From: a virus
Length of the DNA: 64,000 bases
Virus record (IMG/VR): IMGVR_UViG_3300028610_001353
Coordinates: 5,540-69,539 of that record
Strand: one strand, 5' to 3'
Made by a program: the position numbers and the translations under genes. Within the stretch, counting starts at the first letter, position 1; every line of letters begins with the position of its first letter. Below the pieces are notes generated by a model. It did no database searches and was not told the origin of the DNA. It saw nothing but the letters and a program-made list of their open reading frames with translations. This document shows, piece after piece, positions 37,132-47,160 of the stretch.

Positions 37132-39392
37132 TCTGTAATCACCACGCGATAGAGGACTGTCGCCCACTCCGGACACCCCAGGCATCTCCGTATATTTGCT
37201 CCCGACCCCTGGGGGAAGTGTGGCCAGTGTTCACTGTTAAACCACCCCTCCGGCGTTTCAGAAACCGGATCATCCTCGCTGGTGGACGCGTAGAACGGAT
37301 CGCATTCCTCAACAATCATCGCGTCATCTGTCGTGGCATCCTGTCCTAGAAATTGGATAACGATACGTCCCATTGTGTAGGTGATATGGTACACACCGCA
37401 ATCAACCCCGCCAGGTAGATACCAGCCTTCATAGCCACACCCAACCTCAAAGCCGCCGCCGGGTCCAAGCGCCGTCACCTGCCGTTCGTAGTACAGCTCG
37501 ACCGAAAACGAACAATACCCCGAGTTGTACGGATTGATATACGCATTACCCAGCTCTTCGGAGTAGGGCAATTCCTCGTAGAGAAGCTCGTAAAAAAATA
37601 CTTCGATCGTGGCAGTGACAGATTTAGGATTTGACTTGCAACGATCGTCGCATGGAAGATTCGGACATGGTCCGACGTCACAATGCGGCACCAGCGAACC
37701 AATACTGATCGACACAGGCATCTCTTCACCGTAGACATCCCGCGTCCCCTGGAAATCAGCATTCAAAATATACGAAGTTGATTGTATCTGTTTGCCTTCC
37801 CACGTAAACTCATCGCCGCAATCGTGAACAACAGGTGATTTAGGAGGCGTCCATTCAAAAGAAAGGACGGGGGTAATCACACAACCAAGTACCTCGTCTT
37901 TGGTGATCGCGATCTGAAGAAGATCGTATGCGTCGCCCCAACGGCGTTCTACTTCGTCCCACGTCAGAATGAGATTAGGGTAAAAAGCCTCTCCGTCGAA
38001 GAACGCCACGCAAAGCTCCGCGGGAATACAACGACAGGTACCACAGAAATAGTCCCACCGTTGGCAAAACCCACATTTGAACTGGGCCGAAGATCCGCCG
38101 ATGGCCAATGAAACGACAAGCGCGCAACTGCAACCACCGACAACCTCGATGAGTGCTGATCCGGTGTCGGACCTTACTTGACAGCGACGTTCGGGGTCCT
38201 CTTCCAGCAAAAGCGTTTCTTCTATGTCAGTACGTGGATCTATAATCCGCCAGCCGCGCACGAGAACCAGCTCGCTACTGTAAGGATCTACGTAACTGTC
38301 GTCGAACCACCGCCATTCCATGCAGTTCCAGGGAATCTCTCGGTTGACCCGCCGTTCCTGCAACCGAGAGCAAACCTGCACGCACTGCCCGTAGGGATCG
38401 AGACTCACTTCTACAGTCTCCGCATAGGGACATTCCTCTTCGGTAGTACAATCAGGATCGTCGAAGTAGACACCATACGGTTCGCCGTCGGCATAATCAG
38501 CAGGCCCGTAGGCAACAGGCTCCGCGTACTCTTCACCTATCACCCAGCGTTCAAAATCCATCGACCAGTACACCGATCGCGCAGTCTCACTATCGTCCCA
38601 CTGGTATTGAGGCAAATCCTCCAACCAACGCTCTCCGTCAACCAGCACTGCCGGATGACCGCAAGGCGGATCGAGATCGTAGAACTCAGGATCACATTCA
38701 GGAATGTCTGCGGGCAGTCCATAAGCATCCTGGCACTCAGGATCATATTCGGGGAGAGGGCGATGACTCTCAAACGCAACAACGTCTTCCCGCTCAATGT
38801 ACGGCAACTTCGCGATCGGCACGTTTTCCAATGAAAGCGTTCCCTCGCAGCCGTCCGGCCCGGTGCAAGCCACGGAAATCGCCGGAACTTCCAGGCATGT
38901 CACTGCGTCATGGTCTATCGGTACAATCGACGAATGGTCCACGTCGGGCAAAAAGGCATGGTCTTTTCGTTCCAGCGCAATCTTCCAACCGCACTCCTCC
39001 CCGTAGTCATCACCCACCTGCCCTAACTCGATATTGATCCCAATCGAGAACAGCGTGCCTCTATAAACAGAGTGGAAGTCATCGACAACATCGAGATCGC
39101 CTACACCATGCCACATAGGCACGCCGGCCGTGATGCAGCAATCGCCATCAAGATCGTCTGGCACAAATCGTGCGTAGATCAGTCGCGGAGCGCAGTTGCA
39201 ACATACATTCCACTCATGCTCGTCACCCGGTTTCCAGGCTGCCATGAATGGCCGAACATTGTTGCAAGGCTCGCAACAGCAACAGTTGTAGTGCCCTCCA
39301 AGATTGCCGACTGAGGAGTCGTGAAACTCGCGACAGCGGAGGGAACCGCGACATTGATCCGGACCTTGCGATTCTTGCGGATCACTGGCCAT
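37128..39392 (-). CDS. Cys-rich acidic putative tail/receptor-binding protein
   Basis: 754 aa downstream of the tape measure and tail-tip genes; many C, D, E, Y. Confidence 0.55.
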   Translation of the reverse strand: MASDPQESQGPDQCRGSLRCREFHDSSVGNLGGHYNCCCCEPCNNVRPFMAAWKPGDEHEWNVCCNCAPRLIYARFVPDDLDGDCCITAGVPMWHGVGDLDVVDDFHSVYRGTLFSIGINIELGQVGDDYGEECGWKIALERKDHAFLPDVDHSSIVPIDHDAVTCLEVPAISVACTGPDGCEGTLSLENVPIAKLPYIEREDVVAFESHRPLPEYDPECQDAYGLPADIPECDPEFYDLDPPCGHPAVLVDGERWLEDLPQYQWDDSETARSVYWSMDFERWVIGEEYAEPVAYGPADYADGEPYGVYFDDPDCTTEEECPYAETVEVSLDPYGQCVQVCSRLQERRVNREIPWNCMEWRWFDDSYVDPYSSELVLVRGWRIIDPRTDIEETLLLEEDPERRCQVRSDTGSALIEVVGGCSCALVVSLAIGGSSAQFKCGFCQRWDYFCGTCRCIPAELCVAFFDGEAFYPNLILTWDEVERRWGDAYDLLQIAITKDEVLGCVITPVLSFEWTPPKSPVVHDCGDEFTWEGKQIQSTSYILNADFQGTRDVYGEEMPVSISIGSLVPHCDVGPCPNLPCDDRCKSNPKSVTATIEVFFYELLYEELPYSEELGNAYINPYNSGYCSFSVELYYERQVTALGPGGGFEVGCGYEGWYLPGGVDCGVYHITYTMGRIVIQFLGQDATTDDAMIVEECDPFYASTSEDDPVSETPEGWFNSEHWPHFPQGSGANIRRCLGCPEWATVLYRVVITE

Positions 39393-40083
39393 AGATATTT
39401 TCCGTGCAACAAAGCCCGGTGACCTTCCACCAACAGGGGCCTATCAACGTTCCATAATCCAGACAATCGTTGAGGGTGGGCCAATCCCCAACCCGTGCCA
39501 TCTCGACAGCAGTGCCGGAGGCGCCGTATAGTAAATCTAACGGTATCGTAAACCAGCAATTACTAGGGTCCCAGACGATGACCTCTTCGCCAATCGCGGG
39601 TGTACTAGTCCCGCACGATATGTTTTCCACCGAAGCCAGGACCGCAGTACAGACAGGAAGCTCCTCGTCGACAAAGGGGGCGGCGGAAATCACGCTGAAA
39701 TCAATTACCCGATGTCCACCTGCCACCGCCTCAGCGCATCGAGTGCCATGCAGCGTCAGTCCGGTCTGGACATAAATCCCTCCCCCGACGGACGCGGTTT
39801 CAAGATTGAAGACCTCAAGTTCTTCGTCCGTTTCCAGGATCGTCTTTTCTTCAGCAGTGGACGTTTCGACGCACCGTGTGCAGATCGCCGAATAGATGGT
39901 TGTGCCATCCCTGGCCGGGATGCCGTCCACGTGTGTTTTGACGAGTATTTTGGATCCCCGCGATAACGGATTTTGCGGCACGGGCGGACGGCGCCGGAAG
40001 CCCTCAAGAGCATCGGCGTTGACGGCCGATTCTGCCGCATTCGGTGGGCGGAACGTGTCTCCCTTGCGGTAGCGTCGCATCAT
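39382..40083 (-). CDS. Putative tail protein
   Basis: Position in the tail module. Confidence 0.5.
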   Translation of the reverse strand: MMRRYRKGDTFRPPNAAESAVNADALEGFRRRPPVPQNPLSRGSKILVKTHVDGIPARDGTTIYSAICTRCVETSTAEEKTILETDEELEVFNLETASVGGGIYVQTGLTLHGTRCAEAVAGGHRVIDFSVISAAPFVDEELPVCTAVLASVENISCGTSTPAIGEEVIVWDPSNCWFTIPLDLLYGASGTAVEMARVGDWPTLNDCLDYGTLIGPCWWKVTGLCCTENIYGQ

Positions 40084-40943
40084 GGCCCACCCCATCCAAA
40101 CACGTCCACGTAGTCTCGCCATTCGCGCCCGCGTGGACGAATGATTTCGATATAGTCGATCGGATGAATCGCCCGTTTTGTTCCTCCGGTATCCTCGTCC
40201 GTGTCCCACTTGTAGACCGGCGAGACGATGTCAAAGCCTTTCTTCTCTGCAATCGTGATGCCGCCGACTTCCAGATCGATGGCATTACGCGACACCTCAA
40301 ACGCGTATTCCGCCGACGCCTCACATTCCGATTCCGTCGCGTTGCCTCCCGCGTATGCGATTTCACCGGGGTCGTACCCGAGAAACGTATCGTTGTTTGG
40401 ATGACCTACCAGTGATCCGACGGCTCGCAGATATGTGTGGTTCAAAAACATCTGCGGGTGCCGGTATGAGATCACGATTCGCGTTTGATTGAACGGGACA
40501 TCAACGCCGACAACTTCCTGACCGTCGAAAATCACACCTTCGTTGTTTCCCGCGCTCTCGCCCGGGTAACCAATGTCTGCCGGATAGCCTGCGATTCTTT
40601 CTCCGGCCGTCGCTTTGGCGGTTCCGGCCGCGTGCTCGACGCGAACGAGATAGGTCCCCGTCTGCTTGTTGTAGGGCGAATAGGTCACGCTGATTTCGTA
40701 CGTTTGAGCGTAGTACGACTCGTGCAACTGGATGGAATTCCAGAAGAGCGTGCCCATTGGTGTCCCGTACGTCGGATAGTTCGTTTTGATGAACCCCATC
40801 ACCAGCGTCGCTACGAAGTCGAACGCATCACCGCCGCCAGCATACGGCAGCGTCCCCTCGGTCCGAAACTTACGAACAATCGTCAACGAATCGCGGTCAA
40901 GCGTCTGGTCGGAACCGGTGATGGGTGCAAATGTCAACGCCAT
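40080..40943 (-). CDS. Putative distal tail/baseplate protein
   Basis: Directly follows the tape measure gene; VG.PNN.TF.G...GE..Y.G motif. Confidence 0.55.
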   Translation of the reverse strand: MALTFAPITGSDQTLDRDSLTIVRKFRTEGTLPYAGGGDAFDFVATLVMGFIKTNYPTYGTPMGTLFWNSIQLHESYYAQTYEISVTYSPYNKQTGTYLVRVEHAAGTAKATAGERIAGYPADIGYPGESAGNNEGVIFDGQEVVGVDVPFNQTRIVISYRHPQMFLNHTYLRAVGSLVGHPNNDTFLGYDPGEIAYAGGNATESECEASAEYAFEVSRNAIDLEVGGITIAEKKGFDIVSPVYKWDTDEDTGGTKRAIHPIDYIEIIRPRGREWRDYVDVFGWGGP

Positions 40944-40944
40944 A

Positions 40945-43452
40945 CTATGCCACCTTCCACCCTGCCAGGAATTGCTCGTTTGCCGCCAGCAGCTTTGCGG
41001 TGTTCTCGGCAATGCGGTCTATCCCGGCGGCCATCTTTTTCTCGGGGCCGCCGGCCTGGTATCCTGCGATTCGCGCGGCCGCGGCTGAATAGGTCGCGGT
41101 CAGGGCCACACCGCTGGGGGCGGCCGATACCACAGAGGCACCGCCGCCAACCGCAGGAGCCCCATCGGGTGTTGTTTCGGCCCCGGGTGTTGCTGCTATT
41201 TCGGCTTCAGTTTTGCGCTCGGCTGCCTGGCTACGTAATGCCGCCAACTCTTTCGCCGCGGCTTCAACCCCTTGGCCTGATTCGAGTGACTGAACAAACC
41301 CCTCCAATGCTCCCTCGAAGTCGGTCGCCAAACCGTCCGGCAGGTTTTGTATAAAGGCATCTGCCGCCCCGGCGGCGTTGGCAAGTCCCGCCTTGGTGTC
41401 GGCTTCCCATTGTTCTGTGATTCGCTTTATATCGCTTCGAGCATCGGCAAGCACGTCGACAGGCGCACTGTCGGCCGTACCGGAACCACCAGCCTTGATA
41501 TCCGCTATTTGTGCGCGAATGAGATCTAACGCTTTGACGTTCGCCGCTTGTGATTGCGTGTCACCGCCCGCTGCGATTCTCTGTTCCAGAACTTGTTCCG
41601 TCTTCTCAAACACGGGCAAACGGGCCTTACGGCCTTCGCGTTCCGCCAACTCCGCTTTCGACTGCTCTTCGCCCATGTCCACGCCGAGCACCTTGGACAT
41701 GGCCTTGCCCATCACGCCCCCCTTGGCCGATGTTTCAAGCATCCAATTCGCCATACCCGCGACTGCCTTTTGCCATGTACCCATGACTGCGCCGGCGACC
41801 GCGACGACGGTATTAAGAACATGCTTTCCCCATGCGTTCCATTGGCCTTGGAGCAGCGTGATCGCTTCGCCGAACATCTTTACAAGGCCGTCCAGGGCCA
41901 TGCCCGTGATGCCGGCAATCGCTTTGAAGGTTCCAGGAAACGCCGATACAATTTTGGACAGACCTTGCAGGATAGCCAGCTTCAGCCCGGCCATGGCGAT
42001 CTTGCCAGCCAGCTTCCACTCGCCCGCTAAGATTGCATCCTTGATTCCGCCGAAAGCTGCCTTGAGCGTCTCGATGATGGGCATCACGGTGGTGCGAAGC
42101 GATGTCCATGCCTGCTTGCCGCTCTCGCTGAACGCGAACCATGCCGCTGCCCCCCCTGCGATTGCGGCAACCAGAATACCGAGCGGCGACGTAACTACCG
42201 AGATAATTGTCGCCAAGACACCGAGGCCGATCGAAGCGAGGTGCGCCGTGGCACCCAATCCCATCAGCGCAACACCAAGTCCGACAACTCCGGCCACGGT
42301 AGCTGCGGCAGCAATCACCATCCCCTTGTTTGCCTTGATCCACTTGATAGCTGATTGTGCGGATGTGGCCAGGAATTCAGACATCCGCTTGAGGTTCGGA
42401 GCCAACGCTTCGCCGATCGCGAGACTGACGTTTTTAGCCTGCTCTCTCATTCGATTCCAGTAGAACAACGGCCCTTTCATTTTCTCAAACGCCACTGCTA
42501 CGTTGCCTGCCCTATTCGCCATTGCGTCAAGGTCATCACCGAACCCCTCCATCTTGGCGATCGCGGGAAAGATGCCGCGAAGAGCGCGGATGTTCGGAAA
42601 GATCTTCGCGACATCCCCTGGGTCTAGTTTGCTCAGGCGTTCCAGCACGCCCGTCATGCCGATAGCCTTTAGCGTGGTGGTGTCCAGTTCATCGCCGAAT
42701 GTTTTTGCCCACAGTGCGGCGCCCGCGGCCTCCGGTTTCAGGAACGTCGCAGAGATCGCTTGCAACGCCGTCAGGGCGGTCTCCGTCCCGCCGGTAGCCC
42801 TGGTTAAGAGCGCCGTGGAGGCACCCATATCCCGGAACGACATACCGGCAGCCTCGGTGACCGAAAGGATCTTGCCAAGGTTCTGCCCCAACTCCGGCAA
42901 GGTTGTGCGGCCTCGCTTGATGATGGCGAAAAGAAAGTCAGACGCATCGGCAGCATCAGTGAACGAGTCGCCGTAGGTTTCCATCAGGGTATTGAGCACG
43001 GACACCGAGTCGGCGACTTCGGCATTGCCCCCGACCGCGAGCTTAGCCGCCGCCGCCAGGCGTTGCATCGCTTGCTCTGGCGGGACAGTCGCCGATAAAA
43101 TGTCGTACAGGCCGGCAGCAAGATCGCCTTTCGCCTTGCCAAACTCGACCGACATATCCTTGACGCCCTGCCGAAAATTCGGCATGAACTGAGACGGGCT
43201 GTCCAGCATCGTAGAGACGTTCCGCATCGCGTTGTCGAAGTCGGCAAACGACTTTGTGGCGAAAGCGAAGGGAGCAGCCATCGCCACCCCTGCAAGCGCA
43301 ACCCGCCTCCCAGTCGCCATGGCGGATTGCCCAAACTGACGTAGCTTCGCCTGTGCAGCCTTCAAGGCTCGCACAAGCTGGCGGCTCATGTCGTTCTTCA
43401 GGTACAAGCGTACAAATGCACGGCCTGCTTCCACGTCCGCTCTGCTCGGCAT
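40945..43452 (-). CDS. Tail tape measure protein (TP901-like core)
   Basis: 835 aa, Ala/Gly-rich and helical; AGRAFVRL N-terminus, FADFDNAM, GRTTLPEL. Confidence 0.9.
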   Translation of the reverse strand: MPSRADVEAGRAFVRLYLKNDMSRQLVRALKAAQAKLRQFGQSAMATGRRVALAGVAMAAPFAFATKSFADFDNAMRNVSTMLDSPSQFMPNFRQGVKDMSVEFGKAKGDLAAGLYDILSATVPPEQAMQRLAAAAKLAVGGNAEVADSVSVLNTLMETYGDSFTDAADASDFLFAIIKRGRTTLPELGQNLGKILSVTEAAGMSFRDMGASTALLTRATGGTETALTALQAISATFLKPEAAGAALWAKTFGDELDTTTLKAIGMTGVLERLSKLDPGDVAKIFPNIRALRGIFPAIAKMEGFGDDLDAMANRAGNVAVAFEKMKGPLFYWNRMREQAKNVSLAIGEALAPNLKRMSEFLATSAQSAIKWIKANKGMVIAAAATVAGVVGLGVALMGLGATAHLASIGLGVLATIISVVTSPLGILVAAIAGGAAAWFAFSESGKQAWTSLRTTVMPIIETLKAAFGGIKDAILAGEWKLAGKIAMAGLKLAILQGLSKIVSAFPGTFKAIAGITGMALDGLVKMFGEAITLLQGQWNAWGKHVLNTVVAVAGAVMGTWQKAVAGMANWMLETSAKGGVMGKAMSKVLGVDMGEEQSKAELAEREGRKARLPVFEKTEQVLEQRIAAGGDTQSQAANVKALDLIRAQIADIKAGGSGTADSAPVDVLADARSDIKRITEQWEADTKAGLANAAGAADAFIQNLPDGLATDFEGALEGFVQSLESGQGVEAAAKELAALRSQAAERKTEAEIAATPGAETTPDGAPAVGGGASVVSAAPSGVALTATYSAAAARIAGYQAGGPEKKMAAGIDRIAENTAKLLAANEQFLAGWKVA

Positions 43453-43453
43453 A

Positions 43454-43957
43454 TCAGCCCCTCCCGGCTTGTCGCTCTTTTTCTCGATAGGCCGCTTCCA
43501 GCGCTTCCCGCATCTGCGGCGTGTCTGGCAACGGATATTTTTTGTACTCGGCCAGCTTCCCTGTTTTTACGAATCGCTCCGCGTCAAATTTCTTTTCCTG
43601 CCACACCATCGTCCGCACGTCGAGGGCCAGCACTCGCCGCGATTCGCGCGCGGCAATCGCCATCAGCCAGAGGTCTCGGAGGGCAAGTCCTCGGGGGCTG
43701 ACTCGACACTCTCCGGCGAGGCGTCGGCAGGCGTCGGCGGCGTGGCATCCTGGTCGGATGCAGACACGTCTCCCGGCGATAACGGCGAACTCCCAGCCTC
43801 CGCCATCTTTTGCTGAGCCTCCGCCAGACCCTCCTCCATCAACTCCCGTCGCATGTCCTCCGGAAGAGCCGCAAAGCCCGGTGCCAGCGCTATCAACTCC
43901 TCTGTCTGGCTCTTCGTCTTCTTCCGCGTCGTCAAGCTCGATTGAATCGCGGACCAT
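43454..43957 (-). CDS. Tail assembly chaperone, frameshifted (T-like) segment
   Basis: Lies in the -1 frame relative to the upstream chaperone; only the C-terminal part (RLAGE..SP..L.LRDLWLMA) looks like real protein. Confidence 0.5.
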   Translation of the reverse strand: MVRDSIELDDAEEDEEPDRGVDSAGTGLCGSSGGHATGVDGGGSGGGSAKDGGGWEFAVIAGRRVCIRPGCHAADACRRLAGECRVSPRGLALRDLWLMAIAARESRRVLALDVRTMVWQEKKFDAERFVKTGKLAEYKKYPLPDTPQMREALEAAYREKERQAGRG

Positions 43958-44256
43958 TCGCTCTCCGGGAAAAAATCCGCGAGGGCCTCCATCACCGCCT
44001 CCCGTGCCCGCGTGATGGCGTCCTTACGAATATGCTTTTGGAATTCGGCGGCCGACTTACTTCGTTCCTTGAGCTGTTCACCGCACGCGACTGCCAACAC
44101 GCGAATCAAGGCTTTGGCGTCCCGCTCAACAGCCAGTAGACCGCCGGCCGACAAGTCCGCCAGGTCAACGTGTGCTTCCTTCTCGACGCGGTCGAGTAGA
44201 AAGCCATCGAACTCCAGCCGCCAGTCAAGCCCCTGATCGTCGCGGAATTTGCTCAC
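43663..44256 (-). CDS. Tail assembly chaperone (G-like)
   Basis: Between the tail genes and the tape measure; F.D..G..W...ALADFFP. Confidence 0.65.
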   Translation of the reverse strand: MSKFRDDQGLDWRLEFDGFLLDRVEKEAHVDLADLSAGGLLAVERDAKALIRVLAVACGEQLKERSKSAAEFQKHIRKDAITRAREAVMEALADFFPESEWSAIQSSLTTRKKTKSQTEELIALAPGFAALPEDMRRELMEEGLAEAQQKMAEAGSSPLSPGDVSASDQDATPPTPADASPESVESAPEDLPSETSG

Positions 44257-44348
44257 TGTTAATCTCCTAACCCGATAGGAAAAACGCTCCACCGGTTCGG
44301 GTACCGATGGAGCGCGAGGGCTGCCGGACACAGGGTCGGCAGGATGAA

Positions 44349-44996
44349 CTAGGGCGCCACGAGCCCGACGAGCACATAGACGATCCCCGCAAATTGTGAA
44401 TCGTGCGAGACTTTGCCCGCCGTGATTCGGTTTCCCGTGTAGACGTTCGCATCACCGGCCGAAATGTTTGTGACCTGATTGACCCCGCCGTTGGCCGTTT
44501 CGTGGACAAGGTCCAGTTCCTCGATCGTCGCCGTTCCGGCATCGATCAGATCTACATGGGCCTTGGCTCCGGTATCGCTCGGATTGCGATACACCACCGC
44601 AACGAACCGGGCATCGTCGCCGTCAAAGTTGATTTCCCAGTCGCTTTGTTCCACGACGGCCGCGATAGCGAAATCCTCAGCCGGCAGATTGTCGCCCGCC
44701 CCGCCATCGACCGTTACCGCGTTGGCGGCGACGGTGGCGTCCATTCCGTAACGGATGCCACCCACCCAGTAAACGTCAACTACGTCGGCAGTTTCGATGC
44801 CGTGCCCGGTGGCCAGCGTAACTATGCCGGTATCGTTATCGGTGCGTGTGCTGAGCGTGCCATCACACTGAGCTGCTGCCAACGCCGCAATCGCTTTCGT
44901 GAACGACAACGGCGACTCGAAGCTAACGCGCGCCGATTGATCGCAAAACGAATAGCCCGGAAACACCAACGTTCGCAACGCTTGCGCGTATGGCAT
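44349..44996 (-). CDS. Structural protein (tail accessory)
   Basis: Beta-rich, in the morphogenesis operon. Confidence 0.5.
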   Translation of the reverse strand: MPYAQALRTLVFPGYSFCDQSARVSFESPLSFTKAIAALAAAQCDGTLSTRTDNDTGIVTLATGHGIETADVVDVYWVGGIRYGMDATVAANAVTVDGGAGDNLPAEDFAIAAVVEQSDWEINFDGDDARFVAVVYRNPSDTGAKAHVDLIDAGTATIEELDLVHETANGGVNQVTNISAGDANVYTGNRITAGKVSHDSQFAGIVYVLVGLVAP

Positions 44997-45008
44997 AGCA
45001 TCGTCCCT

Positions 45009-45398
45009 TTACGGCGTCGGGTCGGCTAGTGCCAAACAGTAGATGGTTGCCGTTGAGCCGGAGTTGTTTGAAATGAACACGCTTGTGATGTCCGTGCCGA
45101 TCAGAAACGTGTGGTATGACGTCTCGTGCCAGAGGTAAGGTACGTTCGCCAACAAAGCAATCTGGTCATCGTGTCCCGGGTCTGCTGCGTTGGTATCAAA
45201 CGTCACATCCTGATCGGATACGAGGTAGAAAGCCTTGCATTCCGAGAAGTCGAGCGTGAAAGCCATCTCCACGTCATCACTGGCGGTGGCGAGAGTTTCA
45301 CCATCAATCATGGAAACCCCCGTGTTTTCGTAGCTGATATCTTTAGTCAGCGACCGGCCGGACCCTTGAACGCCCATTGTGACTTTATACGTTGCCAT
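45009..45398 (-). CDS. Structural protein
   Basis: Beta-rich, in the morphogenesis operon. Confidence 0.5.
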   Translation of the reverse strand: MATYKVTMGVQGSGRSLTKDISYENTGVSMIDGETLATASDDVEMAFTLDFSECKAFYLVSDQDVTFDTNAADPGHDDQIALLANVPYLWHETSYHTFLIGTDITSVFISNNSGSTATIYCLALADPTP

Positions 45399-45674
45399 CT
45401 ATTCTTCCTCCGTATAACTTTCGCCGGCTGATTCGTCAGGCGAAAGGATTGGAACTTCGTCAGGCGCAAGGATTGCCTGGATTGACACTTCTTCTTCTGG
45501 CGGTTCGTCGCCGACTTCCGTGTAGTGCAACTCGCCGTGCCATAGGTGATCGTCCATGTGGAGCCGCCCGATAAACCCCGTGAATACTTTTCCCGTATCC
45601 ACGTCCAGTTTGCCCACTGCGGCGTTCAATTGCCGCAAGGTGGGTTTCGTTATGCGAACCATGCCCGCCTCCTA

Positions 45675-46109
45675 TTAGGTGAAGGTCCAGCTACGCCCGC
45701 CATCCTGCGTCGGATGGAGCGTAAACGTTACGTCCTGGCCACCGGTCAATTCAGCGGAGGACTCGTAGTCGATATAACAATCCCCGTCGAATTCCACCAC
45801 GCCACCGTCGCGCCGCTTTATCATGAACGAAAGGGGAGTGCCAGCTTGGGAGGCAGCGAGAATCGCTACCATGTGGGCCTCGCCATCTTCGTACTGCATG
45901 GTGAAGGTAATCTCCGCGGCAAACTTCACCAACTGTTCCGTCTTCTTCGGAACAGCCGTCCCATCACCGCGATCAGTTGTTTCGTAGTACTCGTGGCCGT
46001 GCGTGATGCTGATATCGCCGACGTGCGTATCGATCAGCGTTGTCGCTGGGTCTGTCCCCGCCGCATCGCGGTAGATCATGCGTTCCCAGCCTGCTCGTTT
46101 TTTCGCCAT
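45675..46109 (-). CDS. Major tail (tube) protein
   Basis: 144 aa; ETTDRG...EITF...FDGD...VTFTL.PT pattern and position. Confidence 0.65.
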   Translation of the reverse strand: MAKKRAGWERMIYRDAAGTDPATTLIDTHVGDISITHGHEYYETTDRGDGTAVPKKTEQLVKFAAEITFTMQYEDGEAHMVAILAASQAGTPLSFMIKRRDGGVVEFDGDCYIDYESSAELTGGQDVTFTLHPTQDGGRSWTFT

Positions 46110-46120
46110 CGTTCACACTC

Positions 46121-46528
46121 CTATGAAATCGCCCATTTCCACTCGCGGTGGAATCGGGCTAGGTTTCGTCCTAATGCCGGCGCCATGGTCGGCCGCTTGG
46201 GGAATCGCACGCCGCCCCGTCTTTTTCCGTGCTCGTGTACTTCCATCGCTTGATCCATCTTGCTCGCTACGGGGCCAATCACGGCGCCTTCTTTGTCAGC
46301 CTGGTAGAGGATCGCACGCCTTGCCAAGCCACCGCCTTTGCCAGGTTTCGTGCGAATAGGACCACCCGGCGGACCGGGCTTGCGGCGCCCACGGATGCTC
46401 TTGATGGCTGCCTTGCGAATGCTTGGAGCCGCATGAGAGAAGCTGCGATAGGCTCCTTTGCCCACAGCCTTGTCAACCCGTTTCGGCGTCGCGGTCATTC
46501 GTGTTTGCACACCAAACATCTCACCCAC
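46121..46528 (-). CDS. Neck/tail-completion protein (HK97 gp10-like)
   Basis: Basic protein with PG.P, HEHG and RP.MAPAL motifs. Confidence 0.65.
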   Translation of the reverse strand: MGEMFGVQTRMTATPKRVDKAVGKGAYRSFSHAAPSIRKAAIKSIRGRRKPGPPGGPIRTKPGKGGGLARRAILYQADKEGAVIGPVASKMDQAMEVHEHGKRRGGVRFPKRPTMAPALGRNLARFHREWKWAIS

Positions 46529-46880
46529 TCACAATTCGTTTCGTCTTGACCACCCACGCATAGCCGCTCGCGTGAGGCACTAACGGCGGGTCCTTTCCTC
46601 TGGGCATCAATTCCCAGACGTCGCTATTGGCATCCGTGATCCGGTCGCCGGCTTGCGGGGTCACCACAGCCGCGTCAATCACGTAATCCGCTTGTTTGAT
46701 AAGCCACTCGCGGTGCCAGTAATTCGATACCGCCGTGTCGCCGCTCGCGTCATCGCCACTGTCCACCGCGATCGCCGTTATCGGGGTCGTGTCGTCCACC
46801 CGCGATAGCGTGACCGGGTCACCCGCCGCGTCGGCCAGCGTATCGACCGCCCAGGCTAACCCATTGGAAAACCAGCTCAT
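46521..46880 (-). CDS. Head-tail joining (head closure) protein
   Basis: AG..VT..R...P..GDRI...V.TK motif and position. Confidence 0.6.
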   Translation of the reverse strand: MSWFSNGLAWAVDTLADAAGDPVTLSRVDDTTPITAIAVDSGDDASGDTAVSNYWHREWLIKQADYVIDAAVVTPQAGDRITDANSDVWELMPRGKDPPLVPHASGYAWVVKTKRIVSG

Positions 46881-47160
46881 TCGACTTCTTCCAGTGGTTC
46901 GGCAGCGTCTGCGACGGCGACCCCCGGCAGATCGCCCTCCGCCACGGTCCACCCATCTTCTGTCAAGGTCACATTGTCGAGTGACACCGTGCCGGCCTTC
47001 AGCGCACGCAATAGGGCAATGGTTTTTCGGTAGTCACAACTGAGAGTGGAAGCGTTCTGGATCGCGTTCAACTCCTGCATCAAGTCGTCCACGGTGTTCC
47101 CTTCGTTTGTCGAAAGCCGAGGCCGCCGTCGATGACGGCCCCGGCGTGTGGTTCGAATGA

